64,000 bases of DNA from an uncultured Bacillota bacterium (GTDB taxonomy: Bacteria; Bacillota; Clostridia; Peptostreptococcales; Anaerovoracaceae). Shown here piece after piece: positions 56,665-64,000 of this stretch. A program made the translations under genes and the position numbers. Where the stretch lies: positions 69,320 through 133,319 of the forward strand of contig CASEFA010000001.1 of NCBI GenBank assembly GCA_949287095.1, written 5' to 3'. Position 1 is the first letter of the stretch. The number at the start of each line of letters is the position of its first letter. Under the pieces are notes generated by a model. The model was not told the DNA's origin and did not search any database. It saw only the letters and a list, made by a program, of their open reading frames with translations.

Positions 56665-56865
56665 AATGTTCGACAAGAGACCGGGTTTTTATATATCATG
56701 CCGAACGATTTTCGGCATTTTTGACGTGGAATCAAAATATGTCGAAAAAATAGGCGGCTCAAGCCTGCTTAGACCGATGATAATTCGACATAATCTTTAA
56801 ATACTGCATTTAAAGCCGAAAATCATTCGGCATTTTAGCAAAAATACGCACCTGAAGTCGAAAAG
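56665..56865. repeat. nested palindromic intergenic element (CGAA/TTCG type)
   Basis: Three concentric inverted-repeat pairs: TTCGAC...GTCGAA; ATGCCGAACGATTTTCGGCAT (56698-56718) versus AAGCCGAAAATCATTCGGCAT (56813-56833), reverse complements apart from one base; ATATGTCGAA...TTCGACATAA. No ORF. Confidence 0.6.
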
Positions 56866-56891
56866 CGGATTCCCGCCGGGCAGGAATCCGC
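56861..56891 (-). terminator. rho-independent terminator
   Basis: Minus strand GCGGATTCCtgcccggcgGGAATCCGCTTTT, 9 nt after the stop at 56900. Confidence 0.75.
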
Positions 56892-56899
56892 TCATTTCA

Positions 56900-57439
56900 C
56901 TATACAGCCATATCGTCCAGATACTCATACAGCCTGTCAAACATCTCAGAGTCTGTCGGCGTGTAGGTTCTGACCTTTATTCCCCCTTCAGCGGTCTCGT
57001 AGTTGACGACCTTTACCAGACCTGCGTCTATGAGGTGAAGATGGCATATGTACCTTTCCGCCTCAGAATCGTAGAAGCCCAGCATCATATTTCTGCCGTC
57101 ATAAGTCTGCGTAGACGTTGCCGAATTGGAAAACGGATACCGTATATCCTTTCTGTAGTCCGACGAGGTCAGAATGCTCATCACATCGCCAATCTCCCCC
57201 GAGGCGCTCAGTTCTTTAAATCTGTAGTCCTCCACGAACGGGTCGCTCTGCACGTTGCAGCGTATATGCACCCCTTCAGTGATTTCCACTCCCGTTATTC
57301 CTTCGAAGCTTCTCGGGTAGAACGCCCAAACGAGGAAGCATACTGCCAGAACTGCAAATACCGCAAGTATTATCCAATTTTTCTTTCCGGCTGAACTGCC
57401 GCCTTTGTCATTGCCGATCCTTTTCTTCGTTTCCTCCAT
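56900..57439 (-). CDS. hypothetical membrane-anchored protein
   Basis: Start at ATG 57439 (MEETKKRIG...) after GGGGGAAG. One TM helix (WIILAVFAVLAVCFLVWAF) plus an extracytoplasmic domain. Overlaps the upstream gene by about 30 nt. Confidence 0.5.
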   Translation of the reverse strand: MEETKKRIGNDKGGSSAGKKNWIILAVFAVLAVCFLVWAFYPRSFEGITGVEITEGVHIRCNVQSDPFVEDYRFKELSASGEIGDVMSILTSSDYRKDIRYPFSNSATSTQTYDGRNMMLGFYDSEAERYICHLHLIDAGLVKVVNYETAEGGIKVRTYTPTDSEMFDRLYEYLDDMAV

Positions 57440-58154
57440 CTGTTTCTTCCCCCTTCTCACCGGCGTCCGTATCCGCACCCGGTTCCTTTACGGGTTCCAC
57501 GTAAACGTAAGACGGGGCAGTCTCGCCTGAATCCTGACTCTGCTGCTCCCCTGCGGCAAAACCGGGAACCGGACCGCTGTAATCTCTGAAAACCGCCATA
57601 GTCTTGTAGATGTACACCAGCTTCACTATGCCGATTACGAGCATTATTAACCCGCCTACGACCGTTGCCATTGTCCCCAGCGACGGAACGATGAACAGCA
57701 TCACCGCGCCTATCCCGGTGCAGATATATCCGCCGAGCATCCACTTCCATATGGTCATCCAAGTCTCGGAAAGCGGATTGCCCACTTCCTCAAGGCATGT
57801 GGAGTGGCCTTTGATTTCGCAGTATGTGCCGTATATGGTCAGCACCACGATTACAATGGTCACCAGAAGGGCCATGTAAATACCCGCAGCGCCGATTCCG
57901 TACGCGAAAAGGGCCGCCGTCGTCGCTATGAGCCAGATTACTGTCACTCCCATGGAAACGAAAACTATGACGCCGGATTTCCTGTAGAAACCATTCAGCT
58001 TTCCCATCATTATAAGAAGCACCGCATATATGATTCCGCATACTGCCGCCACTATGCTGTCCGAATCTATCAGGTCTATCACCGCAACTATAACACCGAC
58101 CCAGAACAGTACATTCAGCTTTTTACTCAGTTCCCTCGCTTTTTCAACGTTCAT
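57408..58154 (-). CDS. hypothetical polytopic membrane protein, paralogue A
   Basis: 248 aa. MNVEKARELSKKLNVLFWVGVIV..., about 6 TM helices, acidic and Gly-rich tail. ATGA overlap with the upstream paralogue. Confidence 0.55.
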   Translation of the reverse strand: MNVEKARELSKKLNVLFWVGVIVAVIDLIDSDSIVAAVCGIIYAVLLIMMGKLNGFYRKSGVIVFVSMGVTVIWLIATTAALFAYGIGAAGIYMALLVTIVIVVLTIYGTYCEIKGHSTCLEEVGNPLSETWMTIWKWMLGGYICTGIGAVMLFIVPSLGTMATVVGGLIMLVIGIVKLVYIYKTMAVFRDYSGPVPGFAAGEQQSQDSGETAPSYVYVEPVKEPGADTDAGEKGEETDGGNEEKDRQ

Positions 58155-58786
58155 TCCCTCACGTCCTTTCCGTAATTATCAATTATCTTCATCGTCTTAT
58201 GCAGATATACAAGTCTGATTATGCCGACCACGGTAACTATAACGATACTTGCAGCAGCTGCAATTACGCCGAGCACCCAGAATATAAATACCAGCAGTAT
58301 GCTGCATATGGAGCACACGAATCCAATTATATACCAGTTCCACAGCTTCATCCAGGCTTCCGATTGTTTTCTGTCTATGTGACTCAGCACTTCGGAATGA
58401 GCCTTATATTCACAGTACACTGCATATATGGCCAATATACCGGCGGCAGCAGCCAGAAGACTTAAGCCTGCTGCTCCGACACTGACGGCATCATTTTCAG
58501 TTCCTGTAATATTTTCCACCACAGGTATTATGCCGCTTAAAACTGCACATAGCACGTTTATTATTCCTGCCGTCCTGTACCTTTCATTTACCGCCCCCAT
58601 GGTGATGAGAACAGCTCCGGCCAGTGCGTTAAACACACATACTCCTATACCCGCAATCAGGCCCGTCTTTATAAATCGCCCCAGCAGGTCGTCCTCAAAA
58701 AACCCCAGAATAATCGCCGCTACAGCAAACCAGAACAGTAAATTAATCTTCCTGCTCAGCGAACGAGCCGTTTCAGCACTCATCAT
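58151..58786 (-). CDS. hypothetical polytopic membrane protein, paralogue B
   Basis: AAGGAG precedes ATGATG at 58786. MMSAETARSLSRKINLLFWFAVAAI... is collinear with paralogue A, including ...YCE(I/Y)K(G/A)HS...W...W and ...(I/V)KLVY(I/L)(Y/H)KTM. Confidence 0.55.
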   Translation of the reverse strand: MMSAETARSLSRKINLLFWFAVAAIILGFFEDDLLGRFIKTGLIAGIGVCVFNALAGAVLITMGAVNERYRTAGIINVLCAVLSGIIPVVENITGTENDAVSVGAAGLSLLAAAAGILAIYAVYCEYKAHSEVLSHIDRKQSEAWMKLWNWYIIGFVCSICSILLVFIFWVLGVIAAAASIVIVTVVGIIRLVYLHKTMKIIDNYGKDVRE

Positions 58787-58910
58787 AACAGAATCTCCTT
58801 TCCCTTGTTTTAATGCGCTCAGAGTCATTTTCCGAATATTTTCTATTTCTCACACAAATCATACCACAGTGCATACATATATTCAACTTAAGTTTTCTTA
58901 ACAGTCCCTG

Positions 58911-58953
58911 AAAAAAAACAGGCCTCGCATGCGTTTACCGCGTGCGAAGCCTG
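58911..58953 (-). terminator. rho-independent terminator after rplQ
   Basis: Minus strand CAGGCTTCGCACGCGgtaaaCGCATGCGAGGCCTGTTTTTTTT. Confidence 0.8.
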
Positions 58954-58973
58954 CAGGCTTTGTTTAATACTTA

Positions 58974-59315
58974 TTAAACGAGCTCGAGGAATACCACCTC
59001 AGCGCAGTCACCTCTGCGAGGTCCCAGCTTGAGAATTCTGGTATATCCGCCGTTTCTCTCAGCATATTTAGGAGCGATTTCCTCAAACAGCTTGGTTACA
59101 ACGGACTCGTCGTATATGTAGGCAAGCACCTGTCTCCTTGCGTGGAGATCGCCGCGCTTTGCCAAAGTGATGAGCTTTTCTGCTTCTCTTCTGGCTTCCT
59201 TAGCTCTGCAGTCGGTAGTAGAAATTCTGCCCTCTCTGAAGAGATCGGTTACAAGATTTCTAAGCATAGCCTTTCTGTGAGCTGTAGGTCTGCCCAGCTT
59301 TCTATATCCTGGCAT
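58974..59315 (-). CDS. rplQ: 50S ribosomal protein L17
   Basis: 113 aa. [25 protein letters not shown]. Confidence 0.95.
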   Translation of the reverse strand: MPGYRKLGRPTAHRKAMLRNLVTDLFREGRISTTDCRAKEARREAEKLITLAKRGDLHARRQVLAYIYDESVVTKLFEEIAPKYAERNGGYTRILKLGPRRGDCAEVVFLELV

Positions 59316-59343
59316 CTTGTTTCTCCTTTCGTAGCATTGACTA

Positions 59344-60288
59344 TTACTCTTCCGAAGGCTTCAGGCTCAGTCCCAGCTCTTCCAGCTTGGCCTTGACTTC
59401 GTCCAGAGATTTCTTGCCGAGGTTTCTTACCTTCATCATATCCTCTTCGGTACGCTCAGTAAGCTCCTCAACAGTATTGATTGACGCTCTCTTCAGGCAG
59501 TTGAAGGAACGGACTGAAAGTTCCAGTTCTTCTATAGTCATTTCGAGAGCTTTTTCTTTCTGATCCTCTTCCTTTTCCACCATGATCTCCATGCTGTCAG
59601 TTGCATCGTCAAGCTGAATGAACAGATTCAGATGCTCCTGCATTATCTTGGCGCCGATGGAAACCCCCTCTTCAGGCGAGATGGAGCCGTCGGTCCATAT
59701 TTCGAGGATGAGACGGTCGTAGTCAGTTACCTGACCTACTCTGGTGTGCTCCACGGTGTAGTTCACCTTCTTCACCGGAGTGAAGATGGAGTCCACCGGA
59801 ATCACTGAAATCGGAGTGGTTTCGGTCTTGTTCTGCTCTGCAGGAACGTAACCTCTGCCCTTTGCAAGATTCAGCTCCATAACCAGTGTCGCATTTTCCT
59901 CGAGAGTTGCAATGTGGAGGTCCGGATTAAAAATTTCAAGTTCGGAGTCTCCGATGATGTCGGCTGCGGTAACCTCCTTAGGTCCCACTGCGTTTATGAT
60001 TACTCTCTTTGTGCTTTCCCCGTTAAGTCTGATTGCAAGTTTCTTCAGGTTGAGAATGATCTCGGTTACATCCTCTCTGACTCCCGGAATGGTGGAGAAC
60101 TCGTGGAGTATGCCGTCAATCTTAATGGATGTTACCGCTGCACCCGGAAGAGAGCTGAGAAGAATTCTTCTCATGCTGTTACCGAGGGTCAGGCCGTAGC
60201 CTCTTTCAAGCGGCTCTAAGACAAACCTGCCGTAATGCGCGCTTTCGTCCACAGTCTTTGATATTGTTGGTTTTTCGATTTCTATCAT
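59344..60288 (-). CDS. rpoA: DNA-directed RNA polymerase subunit alpha
   Basis: 314 aa. [30 protein letters not shown] and C-terminal [14 protein letters not shown]. Confidence 0.95.
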   Translation of the reverse strand: MIEIEKPTISKTVDESAHYGRFVLEPLERGYGLTLGNSMRRILLSSLPGAAVTSIKIDGILHEFSTIPGVREDVTEIILNLKKLAIRLNGESTKRVIINAVGPKEVTAADIIGDSELEIFNPDLHIATLEENATLVMELNLAKGRGYVPAEQNKTETTPISVIPVDSIFTPVKKVNYTVEHTRVGQVTDYDRLILEIWTDGSISPEEGVSIGAKIMQEHLNLFIQLDDATDSMEIMVEKEEDQKEKALEMTIEELELSVRSFNCLKRASINTVEELTERTEEDMMKVRNLGKKSLDEVKAKLEELGLSLKPSEE

Positions 60289-60341
60289 TTAAAAAACCTC
60301 CTCTTTCTTCCAAAGTAATAATAACGGCCTTAGCTTTCTTA

Positions 60342-60929
60342 TTATTTGGAGTACAGTTCGACGATAAGCTGCTCTTCAACAGGTGTGTCGATTTCGTCTC
60401 TCTCAGGTACGGATAATACCTTACCTTCGAGCTTGTCAACGTCTACTGTCAGCCAGGAAGGAGTTGTAACCACCATGTCTCTAATCTCCTTGAACTTAGG
60501 GGATTTGGTGCTGGCTTCCTTTACCTTGATGACATCGCCAGGCTTAACCTGCAGTCCAGGGGAGCTTACTTTCTTTCCGTTTACGGTAAAGTGACCGTGA
60601 ACGATAAGCTGTCTTGCCTCTTTTCTGGTAGCTGCAAGGCCCAGTCTGAATATAACATTATCGAGACGGCATTCCAGGAGAACCATAAGGTTAGTACCTG
60701 TAATTCCGCTCATCTTCTTTGCCTTTTCGTAGTAGTTTCTGAACGGCTTTTCTAATATGCCGTAGATGAACTTGGCCTTCTGCTTTTCACGGAGCTGAAG
60801 TCCGTATTCGCTCATTTTTCTGTTAGTCCTCTTAACCTGTCTCTTGGACTTTTTGCTGATTCCAAGGTATGCAGGGTCGATTCCGAGGGAACGACATCTC
60901 TTGAGGACAGGTGTTCTGTTTACTGCCAT
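60342..60929 (-). CDS. rpsD: 30S ribosomal protein S4
   Basis: 195 aa. LKRCRSLGI..., [13 protein letters not shown]4 domain. Confidence 0.95.
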   Translation of the reverse strand: MAVNRTPVLKRCRSLGIDPAYLGISKKSKRQVKRTNRKMSEYGLQLREKQKAKFIYGILEKPFRNYYEKAKKMSGITGTNLMVLLECRLDNVIFRLGLAATRKEARQLIVHGHFTVNGKKVSSPGLQVKPGDVIKVKEASTKSPKFKEIRDMVVTTPSWLTVDVDKLEGKVLSVPERDEIDTPVEEQLIVELYSK

Positions 60930-60944
60930 TTTTATACCCTCCTA

Positions 60945-61343
60945 TTACACTCTTCTTCTCTTCGGCGGTCTGCATCCGTTATGCGGAATCGGTGTTATAT
61001 CTTTAATCATTGTGATTTCAAGACCAGCAGCCTGAAGCGCTCTGATAGCGGCTTCTCTTCCGGCACCCGGACCCTTTACAAAAACTTCAACGGTCTTAAG
61101 ACCATGCTCCATTGCAGCCTTTGTAGCAGTCTCTGCCGCCATCTGTGCCGCAAAAGGAGTCGACTTTCTGGAACCCTTGAATCCGAGGGAACCTGCGCTG
61201 GACCATGCAAGCGCGTTACCGTTTGAATCTGTAAGAGTAACTAAAGTATTGTTAAAGGTGGATTGGATATGTGCCTGGCCTTTTTCAATGTTCTTGCGTT
61301 CTCTTTTCTTTTTTCTGACTGTCTTCTTTACAGCTTTAGCCAT
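60945..61343 (-). CDS. rpsK: 30S ribosomal protein S11
   Basis: 132 aa. [18 protein letters not shown]...[17 protein letters not shown]. Confidence 0.95.
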   Translation of the reverse strand: MAKAVKKTVRKKKRERKNIEKGQAHIQSTFNNTLVTLTDSNGNALAWSSAGSLGFKGSRKSTPFAAQMAAETATKAAMEHGLKTVEVFVKGPGAGREAAIRALQAAGLEITMIKDITPIPHNGCRPPKRRRV

Positions 61344-61360
61344 TGTTTCCTACCTCCTTC

Positions 61361-61729
61361 TTATTTTTTCTTTCTGCCCACGGTCTTCTTAGGACCTTTG
61401 CGGGTTCTGGCATTAGTCTTGGTTTTCTGACCTCTTACAGGAAGGCCTCTTCTGTGTCTGATGCCCCTGTAGCTTCCGATTTCCATGAGACGCTTGATGT
61501 TCATGGAAACCTCTCTTCTGAGATCTCCCTCAACTGCATATTCGCTGTCGATAATCTTTCTGATTCTGCCGGCCTCATCTTCTGTGAGGTCCTTAACTCT
61601 GGTGTCAGGGTTTACTCCGGCCTTCTCTAAGATTGCCAGCGAGGTAGGTCTGCCTATACCGTAAATGTAAGTTAAACCGATTTCTACCCTCTTTTCTCTT
61701 GGTAAGTCTACACCGGCTATACGAGCCAT
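61361..61729 (-). CDS. rpsM: 30S ribosomal protein S13
   Basis: [26 protein letters not shown] from ATG 61729. The upstream extension in the track ORF is not S13-like. Confidence 0.95.
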   Translation of the reverse strand: MARIAGVDLPREKRVEIGLTYIYGIGRPTSLAILEKAGVNPDTRVKDLTEDEAGRIRKIIDSEYAVEGDLRREVSMNIKRLMEIGSYRGIRHRRGLPVRGQKTKTNARTRKGPKKTVGRKKK

Positions 61730-61853
61730 ACGTTTCCTCCTTCTCCTATCTTCCGTCACCTTTCCGGGGGTGATATAGACAGGCGCTCTAAAAAACAAAT
61801 ATTACTTTACACGCTGCATACCCGGTTCGTGCAGCGAAATTAAACTGACTTAA

Positions 61854-61967
61854 TCAGCCCTGTCTCTGCTTGTGCTTAGGGTTCTCGCAGATGACCATTA
61901 CTTTTCCGTGTCTCTTGATAACCTTGCACTTTTCGCAGATTGGCTTTACGGATGCTCTTACTTTCAT
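61854..61967 (-). CDS. rpmJ: 50S ribosomal protein L36
   Basis: Below the track cutoff. Hand translation gives [37 protein letters not shown]. Confidence 0.9.
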   Translation of the reverse strand: MKVRASVKPICEKCKVIKRHGKVMVICENPKHKQRQG

Positions 61968-62000
61968 CTTTAAACTCCTTCCATTCTGCCTTTTTAACGG

Positions 62001-62219
62001 TTATTTATCTCTCCATATGATTCTGCCGCGGGTAAGGTCGTAAGGTGAAAGCTCTACTTTAACCTTATCTCCCGGAAGAATCCTTATGTAGTTCATTCTT
62101 ATCTTGCCGGAAATATGCGCCAGCACCTCGAATCCGTTTTCAAGCCTGACCTTGAACATGGCGTTAGGCTGGGCGTCTACAACCGTTCCGACTGCCTCGA
62201 TTACATCTTTCTTAGCCAT
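62001..62219 (-). CDS. infA: translation initiation factor IF-1
   Basis: 72 aa. [29 protein letters not shown]. Confidence 0.95.
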   Translation of the reverse strand: MAKKDVIEAVGTVVDAQPNAMFKVRLENGFEVLAHISGKIRMNYIRILPGDKVKVELSPYDLTRGRIIWRDK

Positions 62220-62236
62220 TTGGTTTACACCTCTTC

Positions 62237-62995
62237 CTATATCAATGTAAGCAGCTCAGGCTCACCATCGTTTATAACTACAGTATTCTCATAGTGGGCT
62301 GAAAGCTTTCCGTCTGCCGTCACCACAGTCCAGTCGTTGCCCAGGGTTTCCACCTCGTAGGTTCCCTCCGCAATCATCGGCTCTATGGCAAAGACCATTC
62401 CTTCCGCAAGGCGCGGTCCCTTTCCCGGCTTTCCGTAGTTGGGAATCTGAGGATCTTCATGAAGCTCCCTTCCGACTCCGTGACCCACGAAATCTCTTAT
62501 TACCGAAAAGCCCGCAGCTTCCGCCTCACACTGTATGGCGTGAGAAATGTCGGAAAGTCTGTATCCGACTCTGGCGTACTTTATGCCGGCAAAGAAGCTT
62601 TGGCGGGTTACGTCTATAAGCCGCTGGGCTTCCTCGCTTATTTTTCCCACAGGATACGTTCTTGCGGCGTCGCTGACATAGCCCTTATAGGTAGAGCCCA
62701 CGTCCACGCTGACGATGTCGCCCTCCTGAAGCACTCTGTCCGCCGAAGGAATCCCGTGTACTATTTCATCGTTTACCGAAACACAGGCGTTGCCGGGGAA
62801 TCCGCCGTAGTCTTTAAACGTCGGAATCATCTTATGGCTCGTGATTATTTCACGAACAAAATCGTCAATGTCCAAAGTTGTCAGCCCCGGCTTTATGTAG
62901 TCAGACAGGGCGTTGAGAACATGTCCCGTAACCTTGCCCGACTCACGCATAAGCCCTATTTCTTCTTTTGATTTGATGACTATCATTTTACTCAC
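62237..62995 (-). CDS. map: type I methionine aminopeptidase
   Basis: 252 aa. VCHGIP-like [31 protein letters not shown]. Confidence 0.95.
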   Translation of the reverse strand: MSKMIVIKSKEEIGLMRESGKVTGHVLNALSDYIKPGLTTLDIDDFVREIITSHKMIPTFKDYGGFPGNACVSVNDEIVHGIPSADRVLQEGDIVSVDVGSTYKGYVSDAARTYPVGKISEEAQRLIDVTRQSFFAGIKYARVGYRLSDISHAIQCEAEAAGFSVIRDFVGHGVGRELHEDPQIPNYGKPGKGPRLAEGMVFAIEPMIAEGTYEVETLGNDWTVVTADGKLSAHYENTVVINDGEPELLTLI

Positions 62996-63635
62996 CCAGT
63001 GCTTTTACGATATCCGCAAATACTCTGTCGAGATCACCGGATCCGTCGATCTCGGCAAGATTTCCTGCCTTCTTGTAGTAGTCCACTAAAGGCATTGTCT
63101 GCGCCTTATAGACTTCTATTCTGTTCTCAACGGTTTCTACGGTGTCGTCGTCTCTCTGGAAGAGTTCTCCGCCGCAGATGTCACAAATGCCTTCCTTCTT
63201 AGGAGGTATGTTTACGATGTGGTAGCTTGCGCCGCACTTCCTGCAAACACGCCGTCCGGTAAGTCTGGTAAGCAGCTCCTGCTTTTCCACCTCTATATCG
63301 ATCACGACATCAAGCTTCTGGCCGTGAGCCTGTAAAAACTCATCCAGTTTTTCAGCCTGAAATACTGTTCTCGGGAAACCGTCAAGAAGGAAACCTTCTT
63401 TACAGTCGTCCTTAAGAAGTCTGTCGGTGGCTATTTCAACCACCAGTTCGTCGGGAACCAGCTCTCCGCGGTTCATATACTCCTGAGCCTTCTTTCCAAG
63501 CTCAGTGCCGTTTTTGATGTTCTCACGGAAGATATCCCCCGTGGAAATGTGCGGAATGCCGTACTTCTCAACTATTTTCACAGCCTGAGTGCCTTTGCCG
63601 GCTCCCGGAGGCCCTAACAGAATTGTTCTCAGCAT
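62988..63635 (-). CDS. adk: adenylate kinase
   Basis: ILLGPPGAGKGTQA P-loop and lid zinc motif CRKCGASYH...CDICGGEL. ATG 63635 is preferred over 63644 on ribosome-binding-site spacing. Confidence 0.9.
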   Translation of the reverse strand: MLRTILLGPPGAGKGTQAVKIVEKYGIPHISTGDIFRENIKNGTELGKKAQEYMNRGELVPDELVVEIATDRLLKDDCKEGFLLDGFPRTVFQAEKLDEFLQAHGQKLDVVIDIEVEKQELLTRLTGRRVCRKCGASYHIVNIPPKKEGICDICGGELFQRDDDTVETVENRIEVYKAQTMPLVDYYKKAGNLAEIDGSGDLDRVFADIVKALGE

Positions 63636-63650
63636 TTGTCTCATCCCCTC

Positions 63651-64000
63651 TTATTTAAGAAATCCGGAATAATTTCTCATTACCATCTGATTTTCCAGCT
63701 GCTTCATGGTATCTATAGCCACACCTACAGCAATAAGGAGTGACGTTCCGCCGAAGTGGATGTTCATTCCCGTAAGCTGTCCTACGATAGTAGGAAGTGT
63801 TGCAACAACAGCCAGGAAGATTGCTCCCACGAAGGAAATTCTGCTCATTACCTTTGTGAGATATTCCACGGTAGCTCTGCCCGGTCTTATACCCGGGATA
63901 AATCCGCCGTTCTGCTTCATGTTCTGCGCTATTTCCACAGGATTGAATGTAACCGTAGTGTAGAAATAGTTGAAGAATATGATGAGCAGAATGTTAAATG
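63651..64000 (-). CDS. secY: preprotein translocase SecY, C-terminal part (5' end beyond the right edge)
   Basis: The frame is open to base 64000: ...VTFNPVEIAQNMKQNGGFIPGIRPGRATVEYL...GGTSLLIAVGVAIDTMKQLE... Confidence 0.9.
   Translation of the reverse strand, partial: FNILLIIFFNYFYTTVTFNPVEIAQNMKQNGGFIPGIRPGRATVEYLTKVMSRISFVGAIFLAVVATLPTIVGQLTGMNIHFGGTSLLIAVGVAIDTMKQLENQMVMRNYSGFLK

Overview
Chromosomal segment of a Firmicutes/Clostridia-type genome. Evidence for that placement: V-type ATPase, RapZ/WhiA, SpmA/SpmB homologues, AGGAGG-type ribosome-binding sites and TTGACA-17-TATAAT promoters. The large majority of genes are on the minus strand. From left to right the window contains:

- The start of a V-ATPase operon (ntpG/H-like, I, K, E, C).
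- A murB / PHP / rapZ / whiA block in which a BKACE-family gene sits where yvcK is usually found.
- A D-serine-dehydratase locus with a sigma54 activator and a NhaC-family transporter.
- A visibly AT-richer ECF-sigma islet.
- pstSCAB-phoU.
- A large block of D-amino-acid and peptide genes: DppA D-aminopeptidase, DmpA/P1 peptidase, Asp/Glu-type racemase, Dtd, CE4 deacetylase, M20 amidohydrolase, alanine racemase, M19 dipeptidase and two SNF transporters, with a second sigma54 activator.
- Core genes ybaK-like, yitT-like, recR, ybaB, dnaX and the SRP RNA.
- Two paralogous modules (spmA-like, spmB-like, S66 LD-carboxypeptidase, plus a divergent unknown membrane protein) flanking dapF-lysA.
- A third sigma54 activator and an amino-acid ABC transporter.
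- Three unknown membrane proteins.
- The distal ribosomal cluster (secY, adk, map, infA, rpmJ, rpsM, rpsK, rpsD, rpoA, rplQ).

I saw no rRNA, tRNA, CRISPR array, transposase, integrase or obvious phage or defence genes.

The most interesting signal is regulatory and organisational. Three sigma54 enhancer-binding proteins with non-standard sensor or DNA-binding parts sit alongside four textbook -24/-12 promoters (TGGCAY-N5-TTGCW). These appear to wire a neighbourhood for salvaging peptidoglycan stem peptides and D-amino acids, including the duplicated sigma54-driven spmA-spmB-LD-carboxypeptidase modules.

Secondary signals are a family of nested-inverted-repeat intergenic elements (two clear copies and one architecturally similar element) and the self-contained BKACE cassette between rapZ and whiA. 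All family assignments come from motif recognition by eye and need HMM or BLAST confirmation.
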